DNA of 64,000 bases from Legionella sp. (GCA_030158115.1 JAOATK010000004.1:29739-93738), one strand, 5' to 3'. Shown: positions 30,894-42,273, counted from the first letter of the stretch. The notes: generated by a model from the sequence alone, not told the origin. Numbers and translations are program-made.

Positions 30894-33290
30894 CTATTGT
30901 TCTAGGCTTAACCAGTCATTTATTTGTTTTTTAGTTTCGTTAATCACGATGAACAACTGTTGATATAATAGTTCGGGTAACTGACGGCATACTTCTTTAG
31001 AGTAATGCTCAATGTACTGACAAAGGTGAACTAGTTGGGTTGCACCGCAGTAGATAAAGCTACTTTTCATGCGATGTATTACTTTGCCAATGGTACTCCA
31101 ATCATCGAGCATATAAGCTTTTTCAAGCTCAGATATATCGATAGGAATTTCTTTTTCTATGATGGACGCTAAAATATCTTTTAGTAAATTAATATCACCA
31201 CCTATACCTACCAGAGCATATTGCGCATCAAAGACAGGACTTTTTTCTAGTTTCAATAATTCTTCACGAAGCTCAGATAATTCTTGTGTTTGCTGGGCTA
31301 AGTTTGCTTCATGTTCGGAGGCAGCATGTGCTTGGGTGGGGTCAAAATAAATCTCTTTGATTTTCATCAAAATATCGAGCGTCATCGGTTTAGTAAAGAC
31401 TTTATCCATTCCAGATTCAAGGCAGCTTTTCTTTATTTTTTCTTCTGAATGAGCGGTTAATCCAATAATAGGAATGGGTCTTTTTCGTTCTTCTTTTTCT
31501 AAGGTGCGAATTCTAGAGGTTAACTCAATTCCAGATAAATCAGGCAAGCCTAAATCAGTAATAATCAAATCAAATGATTCGCTTTGTGATAAATGAAGAG
31601 CAGACTCTCCATCCATCACACTGATAAACTTCAATCCTGCTTGCGATATTAGATTTTCAAGAGTAAAAAGAGCTACTTTATTGTCTTCTACTAGTAGTAA
31701 TTTGGGCTCTTTTTTATTGGAAGTAGATATTTTTAATGAATTAGTAGGGTTTATTGTATTTAATCCATCAGATTTGGATGGCGTGCTTTTAAGTTGGCTG
31801 TCATCAATTTTCAATGCTAGGGTAAAACAAAAAGTAGTGCCTATCCCTTGTTTGCTGGTAAATGAAATCTTTCCACCTAATAAATCAGCATATGACTTTG
31901 CGATATGTAAGCCAATACCATGGCCGGTGTAAGTCCCTTTGTGTGAGGGAGTACCGCGATAAAACCTATCGAATACTTTATCCTGCAATTCGGTTGAAAT
32001 ACCAATACCTGTGTCTTTAATGCGAAACTGTACTACCATATCCGTTTCATCTTGTCCTAAAAGTAGGACATTAATCTCAACTTGGCCTACTTGAGTAAAT
32101 TTAATAGCATTACCTAATAAATTTAATAAAATACGATGAATTTTAGTGGCGTCACTGATAAGAGAAGAGGGGATGTTTTCGTCTACATAAGTGACCAACT
32201 GAAGTCCTTTAATTAATGTAGAAGGGCGTTCAAGTTGCACAATATCTTGAATCACTTGGTGTAAATTAAATGCTTCTTCATGCACGTCAGAGTCATGCAC
32301 GTTATCAGCTGATACTACATCCAAAATCCCATTGAGCATATGTAATAATTGCTTTCCACTTTCGTTAAGCCAATGCGCATATTGTTTTTGATTAGGATCT
32401 TGAAGACTTTCTTCTAGCATTTTAGACATCCCTACCACTCCGGTTAAAGGCGTGCGGATGTCATGGCTCATATTAGCAATGAATTCAGTTTTTGCATGGC
32501 TAGCTGCCTCAGCCGCTTCCTTTGCTTTGTTTAATTCGGTTTGCGCATTTTTTAGTTCGGTAATGTCTAAAGAGTTACCTAAAATACCGATAATGTTCCC
32601 TTCGTCGTCTAAAAGTGGCATTTTAATGACTGTAAAAAACCTAATTTTTCCACTCAGAGTCACGGTTTCTTCAAAAAAAACAGGGTTTTTTTCTCTGATG
32701 ACCATCTCGTCATTCTTTTTCAACTCCTCTGCGTGAGCAGGCCAAAGATCTAAGTCAGTTTTACCCACCAATTCATGGAGTGATTTGAAACCTAAGGTTT
32801 GTAGAAGGGTTTGATTACATCCTAAATATTGCTCTTCTTTGTTTTTCCAATAAAAGTTACCGGGAACACAAAGGGATATTTTTTTAATTTGATCAAAAAT
32901 AGTGATGTTTTGTAAGGCTAATCTTTTTTTATCGGTTTTATCATTTCCTAAAATAATTATTACCGACTGCTCCGGCTGGCTTATAAATTTCCAGTTAACA
33001 TAGCGTTTTGATTTATTGCGATACATTATTTGACTGAAGTTAAAGTCTTTTCCACGGCTCAGTGCTTTGAATTTTTCAAATGGAAAGGGTACGTTATCCG
33101 GGTATTCTTGATAAATAGACTCAAGAGATTTTCCCAATATTTCATGCTCTTTCCAGCGTAAAAGAGATTTAGCGCTTTCGTTAAAATCAATAATACAGTA
33201 ATGAGTATCAAGGACTATGATGTAGTCTTCTGATAAGAGAAGTAACGTTTTTAATTGCGGATGCAGTAAGTCTACGGAGTTTTTTTTCAT
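30894..33290 (-). CDS. Soluble hybrid sensor histidine kinase (PAS-PAS-HisKA-HATPase-REC-HPt)
   Basis: H-box [14 protein letters not shown]-box [13 protein letters not shown]-boxes DTGIGIS and [12 protein letters not shown] domain (LLLVEDN...ITDLGLPD...KPM) and HPt ([12 protein letters not shown]). No TM segment is seen. Confidence 0.9.
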   Translation of the reverse strand: MKKNSVDLLHPQLKTLLLLSEDYIIVLDTHYCIIDFNESAKSLLRWKEHEILGKSLESIYQEYPDNVPFPFEKFKALSRGKDFNFSQIMYRNKSKRYVNWKFISQPEQSVIIILGNDKTDKKRLALQNITIFDQIKKISLCVPGNFYWKNKEEQYLGCNQTLLQTLGFKSLHELVGKTDLDLWPAHAEELKKNDEMVIREKNPVFFEETVTLSGKIRFFTVIKMPLLDDEGNIIGILGNSLDITELKNAQTELNKAKEAAEAASHAKTEFIANMSHDIRTPLTGVVGMSKMLEESLQDPNQKQYAHWLNESGKQLLHMLNGILDVVSADNVHDSDVHEEAFNLHQVIQDIVQLERPSTLIKGLQLVTYVDENIPSSLISDATKIHRILLNLLGNAIKFTQVGQVEINVLLLGQDETDMVVQFRIKDTGIGISTELQDKVFDRFYRGTPSHKGTYTGHGIGLHIAKSYADLLGGKISFTSKQGIGTTFCFTLALKIDDSQLKSTPSKSDGLNTINPTNSLKISTSNKKEPKLLLVEDNKVALFTLENLISQAGLKFISVMDGESALHLSQSESFDLIITDLGLPDLSGIELTSRIRTLEKEERKRPIPIIGLTAHSEEKIKKSCLESGMDKVFTKPMTLDILMKIKEIYFDPTQAHAASEHEANLAQQTQELSELREELLKLEKSPVFDAQYALVGIGGDINLLKDILASIIEKEIPIDISELEKAYMLDDWSTIGKVIHRMKSSFIYCGATQLVHLCQYIEHYSKEVCRQLPELLYQQLFIVINETKKQINDWLSLEQ

Positions 33291-33297
33291 AGTAGGC

Positions 33298-36200
33298 CTA
33301 CCAAATATTAGTCCGGTTTAAAAACCCTGTTTGCTCTAAATAAGTAAAATAGGTATTTAATAGCGGTTCGTTTATTAGAGGAAATTTCATTTTATTTTCT
33401 TTAAACGCATGCAATGTATTTTGGTTATTTGCATCCGATATTTTTAAATTATTCATCCAATCATTATCATTTTTATTAATATATAAAGTAAGCAATGAAT
33501 ACAGCGCATTATTGGGGGCAATTTCTTTTGAAAGAATATTCTTCCATTGCTTTGGAGAGCATAAGGACAGGTGATATCCTCTCTTGCTAAGATAAGTCAT
33601 TAAATCATTCCATGCAAGTTTATTTGGATTAATTAAATTAAAAATATTGTAGGGTATTTTTTTATTTAACGATGTTTTTACAATCAATTGACTGATCTGA
33701 TCGACCGGAAAAATATCCAGAGAAACATTCCAATCCGGTGCGAATCCTAATTGCAAGCAGCTTTTAATAAGCAGCAATAAATGATTTTTTTCTGCATTAA
33801 TAATGCCTGAAGTGGAATGACCTAAAATCCAGCCAGGGCGATATATTTTAATGGGTAATTGTTGTTGATGTGCTTTTGCAAGAAGCTGTTCTGCTACCCA
33901 TTTTGTCTGACTATACCCATCTTCAGGTGGCGCATTGGGATGTGAGTAAATAAAATCCTCAATAATGGTATTAAAGTTATCAGTATAATTTTTTGCAGCA
34001 GATAGTGACGACACATAATGGATAGGGATTTTTCTTTTAATCGTTGCCAGTTTTAATAATTCTTTAATACTAAGTACATTGGCTGCGCGTAATTGTTCAT
34101 AGCTATAGAGATGATGAACTATCGCGCCATTGTGATAAATGATATCTATGGTTTCTGCAAGTTCCATAAATTTCTCTATAGTTAAACCCAGATAACTTTT
34201 TTCTAAATCGCCGGCTAAGAGTTTGATACGATGAGACTCTTTGAATGGCGATCCAGCATGCTGCATTTTGTGATTTATATCCTCAGAATTTTCTCCCCTG
34301 ATAAGGCAATAAATCGTGGCAGTTGTTAAATGATAGAGTTGGTAGAGAAGGTTTGAGCCTAAAAAGCCATTCGCTCCCGTTAATAAAACCGCGTTGGGCA
34401 TTGAATGGAGAGATTGACGTTTTTGAGGCAAAGTAAGAAGATTTAGTTCAGTGTCAAATTGCCAATGGGATAAAGTGGATGCTTCCGATTGGCGATTCGT
34501 ATCAATAAGTCTCGCTAAGTGTGAAATCGTGGGATTTTCAAGAAAATGTTGAAGGGGTAAATTAAAACAAAGTTGCTCTTTAATTTTTAAAATCAATTGG
34601 GTAATCATCAGGGAATGCCCCCCGAGATCAAAAAAAGAATCATGAATTCCAATTTGAGCCATCTTAAATAAATCACACCATATTTTCTCTATATTTTTTT
34701 CAGTCTGGGAATGGGGTGCAATATAATCGGTCCGTAAAAAATGAGAAGAAAAATTAGGAGGAGGTAATTTTTCAAAATTAACTTTGCCATTTAAGGTGAG
34801 TGGAATTTTATCTATCTTAATAAAAAAAGCAGGAATCATATAGTTTGGTAAATGAGCCTCCATATAGCGCTGAATATCAATGGTTGGCGTATTATCGTTG
34901 AGAATAATATAAGCCACAATTAATTTTTGCAGGCGTTCATTTTCAACGATATTAACGGCGCATTGGTTAATGGACTCGTGACGCAGCAAAATCATATAAA
35001 TGGCGTCGAGCTCCACACGAAAACCGCGAATTTTTATTTGATGATCTTCACGCCCTAAATAATCAATCGTTCCATCCGGCATCCATCGGGCTATATCACC
35101 TGTTTTATACAGCAGTCCTAAATTATCATTATAAAGATTAGGAATAAAACGTGAGGACGTACTTTGGGGATGATTTAAATAGCCCAAGGCAACCCCATCG
35201 CCTCCTGTATATAATTCACCAGGTGCTCCGATAGGTAGAGGTTGTAAAAATTTATCGAGAATATAAACCGTTGTGTTGGAAATAGGTGTTCCAATAGGAA
35301 TAGATTGATATCCTTCTTCCTTTGCTTTAATTTCATAAACGGTAGTAAATGTTGTATTTTCGGTGGGCCCATATCCATTCAAAATAAACTGAGGAGCCCC
35401 TTCCTTACAATGCAGCACATTCATGATGTGCTCAGAGTTTAAAACATCACCACCCACCAATAAATAAGTCAGTTTGCGAAACATGGCAGGATTTAGTGAG
35501 GCATATTCATTAAATAGAGCTGAGGTTAACCAGAGAATACTGATCTGTTCTTCAATAAGAAAGTGACTTAACTCCGTGATGTTGAGCAATACGGAGTGAG
35601 GAATTGGTACAAGCATTGCTCCATTTAACAAGGCTCCCCAAATTTCAAAAGTTGCTGCATCAAAACCAATGCTGGCTGCGTGGGCGATACGATCATGGGG
35701 GCTGATTTTTATGTAGTTGGTTTCTTTAACTAAGCGACTAATTCCTCGGTGAGGAATCATAACACCCTTAGGTTTGCCTGTAGTTCCCGAGGTATACATA
35801 ATATAAGCTAAATCATCAGGCTTTGCGCTTTCAAAATGAGCGACTGGTCCGCTCGCTGTCTCTCGCATTAAAGCATCTAGAGTTAATAGTGGTATTTGTT
35901 GATTTTCACAACAAATTTGAATTTTATGTTGGATTGATTCAGAAGTTAGTGCCAAGACAGCGTGGCTATCATTCAGAATAAATTGAATGTGGTTTGAAGG
36001 GTAATTTGTATCTATAGGAATATAAGCGGCACCGGATTTTAAAATAGCTAACAACCCAATAATCAACGCTATTTTTTCATCGGTAAATAACGCAATATGA
36101 GCCCCTGAAATGGCTCCATTTTGCTGTAATTGATAAGCTATGTGATTGGATTTTTGATGCAATTCTTGATAAGTCAGAGCGGTGCTTGCATAAGATAACG

Positions 36201-37980
36201 CTATTTTTTTAGGATTTTTTTTGACTTGTTCTAAAAAGAGAAGTATGACATTGGAGCTGCCTCGATAAGCTGTTTGGGTCTGGTTCCAAGTAATAAGTAA
36301 TTGTGCTCTTTCATGCTGAGAAAGCAGGGGGATTTTTAAAATAGGCTGTGTTGGATGAGTGAGCATTGCTTGAATCAAAATAGGCAAATGCTGGACACTA
36401 TTTTGAATAATACTAAGGAGCATGGTATTTTTTTCACGGCAATACCAATGTATTTTATACGTATTATCAATGCTAATGATGATAGGTGATTTGAGTGTAT
36501 GAATTTGTTTTGCTAATTCTTTCTCATTTCCAAGAATCACAGCAATTGGATAAGAGGACTCTAAAATAGGCGTCAACTCCGGATAACGGTGATAAATATC
36601 ATTGGCAAAAGTGATGTGCTTATCAATTAATGTCAGCTGATTAAAAAAAAGAATCAAAAATTCTTCTACAGTGAGCCCTTCTTCCAAAGTTAGAGAAAAA
36701 GGGACTATTTTAGAAAATAATGGTGCTATTTTTTCGGGTAATTGATGTAATTTAGGATGGGAAAATCCTAATCCCACGTGCTCTTTATTGCCTAAACGAT
36801 AAAGATAAATAAATAAAGCCGCAAGAATAAAATAACTAGGATTGTCAGTATAGTCATTATGAAAAGTTTGCAAAATAGGCATAGCATCACAGTATGCAAT
36901 AGGATTTAACACGGTATTGTTTGTACAGACTTGCCCTGGCGATTGAAAAGGGAGCATTGCGGGGTTAAATTCACTTGCTTGTTTAACCCAAAATAACTCA
37001 TGTATCGCATACATTTCGGCAATCCGTTCATATTGCAGTAAAGTGATTACTGCCTCTGAAGGAAGGCAACAGCCAACAGTTAATTCATAATGGGTTGCAA
37101 TGTCATCTAATTCACGATAATTAGTATTAATAGGCGTCACTTGCTCTAATTGCAGTATTTGATTTCGAGTAGCGATGTGCCAATAATCTGGGGTAATTTT
37201 TACAAGCGTACCAGGTGGTTCAGAGCTTGACTCACTAATTGCACGGGCCTGTGAGATAAGAAAAAAATCATTTCCTATATGGAATTTAGGGAGCCCTAAG
37301 CGATTACGATAATGATGTCCTAAATTAAGTGCGTGGCATAATCTACCTATCGTTTCTGCTGCCTCATGCCAATTGATCCAACCTCCATGACGCGGTTTTT
37401 TATAGTAATCAAAATAGGTGCGATTCTTTAAATTTTGAGCGACAGGGACTACTTGGTTCAGTGTGATGTCATAAATTAATTCTTTAAACGTTTTAAGGGC
37501 TTCCTGATAACATTTAACACTCAAACTTAAGCCGGTTTCATCTGGTTCTATTTGAATCTGGGCTTGTTTTAAAATATCTCCAGCATCAATCTCTTCAACC
37601 ATGGTGTGCCAGGTTACGCCATGAACGACTTCTTTGTTTAAAATAGCCCAAGAAGGCGCGTGCAAACCTGCATATTTAGGTAAGAGGCTATTATGATAAT
37701 TAATAGATAATTTGTTTGCTTTTTGTAGTAATGAAATAGGTAGTGTTATGCCATTTACAATACTGAAAAAATAATCAAATGGAGTAGCTGATAACACAGG
37801 ATAGGCATCACTAAGCTTTTTAAAATAGGGTATTTTTTTTGTGGCTGCAAAATGTTCGGCATTGGGTAGCGGTGAGATAATACCCAAGATTAAATGATTA
37901 TAAGATAAAATAATTTCAGCGCATTCTAAAACTAACTGATCATCTCCTATTAAATAACAATTAAATAATTGTTTTTTCAA
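33298..37980 (-). CDS. Single-module NRPS-like synthetase: formyltransferase (F) - partial condensation-like region - adenylation (A) - thiolation (T) - thioester reductase (R)
   Basis: F: HNSLLPKYAGLHAPSWAI...DAGDIL (aa ~95-136). A: LAYIMYTSGTTGKPKGV, GELYTGGDGVALGYL, YKTGDIARW, LNGKVNFEKL. T: FFDLGGHSLMITQL. R: VLLTGANGFLGSNLL...YSQTKWVAE. Residues ~300-560 resemble the C-terminal half of a C domain without HHxxxDG. Confidence 0.9.
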   Translation of the reverse strand: MKKQLFNCYLIGDDQLVLECAEIILSYNHLILGIISPLPNAEHFAATKKIPYFKKLSDAYPVLSATPFDYFFSIVNGITLPISLLQKANKLSINYHNSLLPKYAGLHAPSWAILNKEVVHGVTWHTMVEEIDAGDILKQAQIQIEPDETGLSLSVKCYQEALKTFKELIYDITLNQVVPVAQNLKNRTYFDYYKKPRHGGWINWHEAAETIGRLCHALNLGHHYRNRLGLPKFHIGNDFFLISQARAISESSSEPPGTLVKITPDYWHIATRNQILQLEQVTPINTNYRELDDIATHYELTVGCCLPSEAVITLLQYERIAEMYAIHELFWVKQASEFNPAMLPFQSPGQVCTNNTVLNPIAYCDAMPILQTFHNDYTDNPSYFILAALFIYLYRLGNKEHVGLGFSHPKLHQLPEKIAPLFSKIVPFSLTLEEGLTVEEFLILFFNQLTLIDKHITFANDIYHRYPELTPILESSYPIAVILGNEKELAKQIHTLKSPIIISIDNTYKIHWYCREKNTMLLSIIQNSVQHLPILIQAMLTHPTQPILKIPLLSQHERAQLLITWNQTQTAYRGSSNVILLFLEQVKKNPKKIALSYASTALTYQELHQKSNHIAYQLQQNGAISGAHIALFTDEKIALIIGLLAILKSGAAYIPIDTNYPSNHIQFILNDSHAVLALTSESIQHKIQICCENQQIPLLTLDALMRETASGPVAHFESAKPDDLAYIMYTSGTTGKPKGVMIPHRGISRLVKETNYIKISPHDRIAHAASIGFDAATFEIWGALLNGAMLVPIPHSVLLNITELSHFLIEEQISILWLTSALFNEYASLNPAMFRKLTYLLVGGDVLNSEHIMNVLHCKEGAPQFILNGYGPTENTTFTTVYEIKAKEEGYQSIPIGTPISNTTVYILDKFLQPLPIGAPGELYTGGDGVALGYLNHPQSTSSRFIPNLYNDNLGLLYKTGDIARWMPDGTIDYLGREDHQIKIRGFRVELDAIYMILLRHESINQCAVNIVENERLQKLIVAYIILNDNTPTIDIQRYMEAHLPNYMIPAFFIKIDKIPLTLNGKVNFEKLPPPNFSSHFLRTDYIAPHSQTEKNIEKIWCDLFKMAQIGIHDSFFDLGGHSLMITQLILKIKEQLCFNLPLQHFLENPTISHLARLIDTNRQSEASTLSHWQFDTELNLLTLPQKRQSLHSMPNAVLLTGANGFLGSNLLYQLYHLTTATIYCLIRGENSEDINHKMQHAGSPFKESHRIKLLAGDLEKSYLGLTIEKFMELAETIDIIYHNGAIVHHLYSYEQLRAANVLSIKELLKLATIKRKIPIHYVSSLSAAKNYTDNFNTIIEDFIYSHPNAPPEDGYSQTKWVAEQLLAKAHQQQLPIKIYRPGWILGHSTSGIINAEKNHLLLLIKSCLQLGFAPDWNVSLDIFPVDQISQLIVKTSLNKKIPYNIFNLINPNKLAWNDLMTYLSKRGYHLSLCSPKQWKNILSKEIAPNNALYSLLTLYINKNDNDWMNNLKISDANNQNTLHAFKENKMKFPLINEPLLNTYFTYLEQTGFLNRTNIW

Positions 37981-38158
37981 AAAAGAGCTCCCTGAAGTTT
38001 ATTAATCTAATATGACTCAAAGTATTATACTCTACATGCCGAAAATTAACACTTATTGAATCTTTTAAATCATTTTTCATTGGGGATTGGTGGAAAGCTT
38101 CTATCCTGAGGCTGTTCGAGATAAAATGGGCTTCATCCCCACTCTCCATGATAAATTT

Positions 38159-38800
38159 ATGAGCCATGCCAATTTTCTTGATACCTTAATCGCTGAAGTA
38201 GATAATGCGCTTCGCACGATCTTACCCCCTAAGAAACGCATTAGTACACGCAATTCTCCAGCAGAACACATCAAGGATAGCCTTCTCCTAGATAAAGAAA
38301 AAAAATATATTGCTGGATTAATGCGGGTTAATCACTCTGGGGAAGTGTGCGCTCAGGCACTGTATCAAGGACAAGCGCTCACCGCCGAATTAACCCATAT
38401 TAAAAAACAAATGAGTGAGGCGGCTGCAGAAGAAGTGGATCATTTAGCTTGGTGTGAAGAGCGTTTGGCTGAATTGGGCTCAAAACCTAGCCTACTCAAT
38501 CCTATATGGTATTGTGGCTCGATTTTGTTAGGTGCCTTAGCCGGCTTTGCTGGGGATAAAGTGAGCTTAGGTTTTGTGGCAGAAACTGAGCGGCAAGTCA
38601 CCGCTCATTTACAACAACATTTACAAAAGTTACCAGCAGCTGATAAAAAATCACAAGCCATATTGAGACAAATGCAAGAGGATGAAACGCAGCACGCACA
38701 AATGGCGGTCGATGCAGGAGCTATCGAACTTCCTTACCCAGTTAAAGAATTGATGAGCATTGTTTCAAAATTAATGACAAAAAGTAGTTATTATATATAA
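38159..38800 (+). CDS. coq7: Demethoxyubiquinone hydroxylase Coq7 (di-iron)
   Basis: Four di-iron helices (NHSGEVCAQALY, EEVDHLAW, ETERQVTAHL, EDETQHAQMA). Start taken at ATG 38159. Confidence 0.9.
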   Translation: MSHANFLDTLIAEVDNALRTILPPKKRISTRNSPAEHIKDSLLLDKEKKYIAGLMRVNHSGEVCAQALYQGQALTAELTHIKKQMSEAAAEEVDHLAWCEERLAELGSKPSLLNPIWYCGSILLGALAGFAGDKVSLGFVAETERQVTAHLQQHLQKLPAADKKSQAILRQMQEDETQHAQMAVDAGAIELPYPVKELMSIVSKLMTKSSYYI

Positions 38801-38822
38801 TACAAACAAGGCCTTATTAATG

Positions 38823-38893
38823 AAAGTAGCCTGGTTGCTTGCAACCGGGATCACTTGTACCAAACCCCGGTTGCAAGCAACCAGGCTACTTTG
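38823..38893. repeat. REP-like element, family 1
   Basis: AAAGTAGCCTGGTTGCTTGCAACCGGG-17 nt-CCCGGTTGCAAGCAACCAGGCTACTTT: perfect 27-bp arms. Confidence 0.92.
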
Positions 38894-38916
38894 CTCTTGC
38901 ACTTAGGTTAAACCGA

Positions 38917-39483
38917 ATGAAAAAAATAATTATTGGCCTGCTTTTTTTGTTTTCTTTAAGTGCACATACGGCTGAAACGCAGGAGCATTGTACTCACTCC
39001 TCATTATTTAAACCGGTTTGCCAACGCTTGCATCAAATATGGACTGAAGGGCACACCGATCTCTACATCTCAGGTTACGCTTGGCATAATCGTTATACTT
39101 ATAGTCGTGAGATGTTGCGCACTAAAAAATACAATGAGCTTGCCTGGGGTGGTGGCTTAGGGAAAGGTTTTTTTGATGAAAAGGGAAACTGGCATGGTCT
39201 TTATGCGTTTGCCTTTCTTGACTCTCATAAGAATTTAGAGCCGGTAGTCGGATATGCTTTTTTATTTGTCGGATCCTTAACGCCCGATATTAAGGCAGGA
39301 CTAGGTTATTCCATTTTAGTGACTTCACGTCCTGACATTATGCATAGCATTCCTTTTCCTGGAGCAGTTCCTTGGGCTGGTTTTTTTATAAAAAAGCTAT
39401 CAATAAAAGCAGCCTATATTCCTGGTCATGCAAACAATGGGAATGTTTTGTATTTAGTAGGGACCTATTCTTTTGAGACTTAG
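38917..39483 (+). CDS. pagP: Lipid A palmitoyltransferase PagP (Legionella Rcp-like)
   Basis: [14 protein letters not shown]...[44 protein letters not shown] matches the E. coli PagP core. Start taken at ATG 38917, which gives a signal peptide. Confidence 0.9.
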   Translation: MKKIIIGLLFLFSLSAHTAETQEHCTHSSLFKPVCQRLHQIWTEGHTDLYISGYAWHNRYTYSREMLRTKKYNELAWGGGLGKGFFDEKGNWHGLYAFAFLDSHKNLEPVVGYAFLFVGSLTPDIKAGLGYSILVTSRPDIMHSIPFPGAVPWAGFFIKKLSIKAAYIPGHANNGNVLYLVGTYSFET

Positions 39484-39528
39484 GATAATATGCTATGTTG
39501 TGAATACCAGCTTAAAAGGACGAAGCCA

Positions 39529-40044
39529 ATGAAATCATTTATTGAACAAGCACAGGTTTACGCAGACTACCACCATAATAAAAACACACGTTATACGCAC
39601 CTAGCAGGGGTGCCGTTAATCATTCTTTCCATGATGATACTGCTTGGTTTCGTACAAATAATTATTCCCGGTGTGTTTGCTACTACACTGGCCTTTTTCG
39701 CGACTATCGGTGCGTTAATTTATTATTATCGGTTAAATTGGAAGTTAGCGTTGGTTTTAACGCCCATCATGCTGGTTCTCTTATTAATTGCGCATTGGTT
39801 TAGTGAAGATGGACCCACAAAATTTGGTATTTGGTCCTTCGTAGTGATTTTTGTAGTGGGCTGGGGATTACAGCTCTATGGTCATTTTCTGGAAAGAAAA
39901 CGACCCGCTTTTATGGATAGTTTATCGCAAGCCGGTATTGCACCTCTTTTTCTCATTGCAGAACTTTTTTTCATGGCTGGATATATGAAGTCATTAAAAG
40001 ATCAAGTTTATGGTGCTTCAGATTTGGAAAAAGAGGGTTTGTAA
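39529..40044 (+). CDS. DUF962 (Mpo1/YGL010w-like) membrane protein
   Basis: Sequence FIEQAQVYADYHHNKNTRYTHLAGVPL plus 4 TM helices. Start taken at ATG 39529 after AAAAGGA. Confidence 0.7.
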   Translation: MKSFIEQAQVYADYHHNKNTRYTHLAGVPLIILSMMILLGFVQIIIPGVFATTLAFFATIGALIYYYRLNWKLALVLTPIMLVLLLIAHWFSEDGPTKFGIWSFVVIFVVGWGLQLYGHFLERKRPAFMDSLSQAGIAPLFLIAELFFMAGYMKSLKDQVYGASDLEKEGL

Positions 40045-40067
40045 TTTGGGAATGTGGTGCTATTGAT

Positions 40068-40134
40068 CCCGGTTGCAAGCAACCAGGCTACTTTGTCATT
40101 ATGAGTACCGTAGCCTGGTTGCTTGCAACCGGGG
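40068..40134. repeat. Family-1 REP arms in inside-out arrangement (CCCGGTTGCAAGCAACCAGGCTAC-18 nt-GTAGCCTGGTTGCTTGCAACCGGGG)
   Basis: The same 24-bp arms as the other family-1 copies, but here the GTAGCC ends face the spacer. Confidence 0.85.
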
Positions 40135-40152
40135 TCGTTTAACTCGCCACAC

Positions 40153-42273
40153 TCAAGCAAATTGAGGCATCATTATTTTAAAGCAATAATGAATTTTAGG
40201 ATTACGTTTGAAATCTTGATCAATCGTTTGAGCGCTAATATCCTGCACAGAATATTTTTCTGCTAGCTCCTGATCTAATTTAAATTGTCGGAAATTCGTT
40301 GAAAAATATAAAATACCATTAGGGTTTAATAAACGCATGGTCGAACTAATTAACGCACTGTGATCACGCTGAATATCTAAGGTATCGGTCATTCGCTTTG
40401 AATTAGAAAAACTAGGTGGATCTAAAAATATCACATCAAAGCGATCGCGAGTTATTTTCAACCATTCGCGGCAGTCATATTGAACAAATTGGTGTTGGGA
40501 TAGATCCAGATGATTTAATCTGAAATTATCTTCCGCCCAAAGTAAATAAGTATTGGATAAGTCGATATTAGTGGTCTTTGCCCCCGCTAAAGCCGCATGA
40601 ACGCTAGCACTTCCTGTATAACAAAAACAATTCAGAAAGCGAGTCCCAGGGTTTAATTTTGCAAAACTTAAGCGAAGTGGACGGTGATCCAAAAATAGGC
40701 CTGTATCTAAATAATCATAGAGATTAATCTTTAATTTAGCTTGGCCTTCAGTCACGACCATCGTCTGACGAGTTTGACCCATTTTTTGATATTGATCAGA
40801 ACCTTTTTGTTGTTTACGCTGCTTGACTACTAGTTTATCTGTAGCAAAACCTAAAGCCCTGGGAACCACTTGCATCACTTCTAAACTGCGTTTTTCAGCG
40901 GTATGGACTGGGATGCTAGATGGTGCTGTGTATTCTTGTAAGACCGCATGATCATTGTAAATATCAATCGCATAAGCGTATTCAGGCAAATCGGCATCAT
41001 ATACTCGATAACAAGAGATATTATTTTTTTGTGCCCATTTTTGTAAATGACGGTAATTTTTTTCCAGGCGATTAAGAAGCATTTGCGCGTTGTCAGATAA
41101 AGGCGTGTTCACTGTACCTTTTAGTTCATTTGAAGCAATGACATCAAAACAATACAATTTACATTCCAAGGCACCATTATATAGGGTGTATTGTTTATTT
41201 GAACGCAAGCCAATGGCTTTCGCTAAAATCGGATTAGAGGTAATGACTGCCGCCTTCCATCCTTGATAATGCTCATGTAATGCTTTTCCTAGTTGTTGAT
41301 AAACCGGTACTAACTGAGTGGCGTCACCTAAACGTTCGCCATAAGGTGGATTACATACCAATAAACCTTTTTCTGTTGATGGGTCGTTTAGTTCAGCTAA
41401 AGAGAGGGTTTTAAATTCAACTAAGGGAGCAACACCTGCGTGCTCTGCATTTAAACGAGCAAGCTCTATGGCTTTGGGATTTTCATCACTGCCTAATAAA
41501 ACCATGGGAATTGGTTTCACCTGCTGTAAAGCTTGGGCGCGCAAGCTTTCCCATAATGAGGGCTGATGTTGCGCCCAATAGCTTAAGGATTGATCTTGGC
41601 GCAATAAACCAGGCGCAACATGAGCTGCCATCATCGCCGCTTCGATCACTAGGGTTCCAGAACCACAAAAGGGATCATGCAGTGCATAGCCCTGAGCTGC
41701 CAGTTCAGGCCATTTGGCTCTAAGGAGTAAGGCAGCTGCTACGTTTTCTTTTATCGGCGCCATTCCTGCGCGAGTACGATACCCTCTTTGATGCAGACTG
41801 TATCCAGTGAGATCAAAGCTTACGGTGATTTCATCATGTTTTAAATAAGCATGAATTAAGATTTGAGGGTGTTCTTTATCAATCGAAGGACGCGAGCCAT
41901 TTAAACGGCGAAAATGATCAACTATGCCATCTTTAACTACTTGCCCACCATACATGGTATTGCGGATGTGTTCAGAAGAACCATGAAACTCGATAGCAAA
42001 GGTTTTATCTTCTGTAAACACCGTTTGCCAATGAAATTCAGTACATAATTGATGTAGGCTTTGCTCATTCGCCGCATAACCACTAAAAAGAATTAATTGT
42101 ACGCGGTTTGCAATACGTGACCAGATGCATAATTGATAAATCGTGGTTAACGTCGCTTCTCCATACACGCCTTGCGGACTCACACGTGTGACTAACATCC
42201 CTAAAGCCTTTACTTCTTCTTCCAGGAGATATTCAAGCCCACGAGGGCAGCTTAAAAACAAGGGGTAATTCAT
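40153..42273 (-). CDS. rlmL: Bifunctional 23S rRNA methyltransferase RlmKL (m2G2445/m7G2069)
   Basis: About 706 aa with THUMP and two SAM-methyltransferase domains (DPFCGSGTL, LVCNPPYGERL, FLDPPSFS). Start taken at ATG 42273 (MNYPLFLSCPRGLE). Confidence 0.92.
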   Translation of the reverse strand: MNYPLFLSCPRGLEYLLEEEVKALGMLVTRVSPQGVYGEATLTTIYQLCIWSRIANRVQLILFSGYAANEQSLHQLCTEFHWQTVFTEDKTFAIEFHGSSEHIRNTMYGGQVVKDGIVDHFRRLNGSRPSIDKEHPQILIHAYLKHDEITVSFDLTGYSLHQRGYRTRAGMAPIKENVAAALLLRAKWPELAAQGYALHDPFCGSGTLVIEAAMMAAHVAPGLLRQDQSLSYWAQHQPSLWESLRAQALQQVKPIPMVLLGSDENPKAIELARLNAEHAGVAPLVEFKTLSLAELNDPSTEKGLLVCNPPYGERLGDATQLVPVYQQLGKALHEHYQGWKAAVITSNPILAKAIGLRSNKQYTLYNGALECKLYCFDVIASNELKGTVNTPLSDNAQMLLNRLEKNYRHLQKWAQKNNISCYRVYDADLPEYAYAIDIYNDHAVLQEYTAPSSIPVHTAEKRSLEVMQVVPRALGFATDKLVVKQRKQQKGSDQYQKMGQTRQTMVVTEGQAKLKINLYDYLDTGLFLDHRPLRLSFAKLNPGTRFLNCFCYTGSASVHAALAGAKTTNIDLSNTYLLWAEDNFRLNHLDLSQHQFVQYDCREWLKITRDRFDVIFLDPPSFSNSKRMTDTLDIQRDHSALISSTMRLLNPNGILYFSTNFRQFKLDQELAEKYSVQDISAQTIDQDFKRNPKIHYCFKIMMPQFA

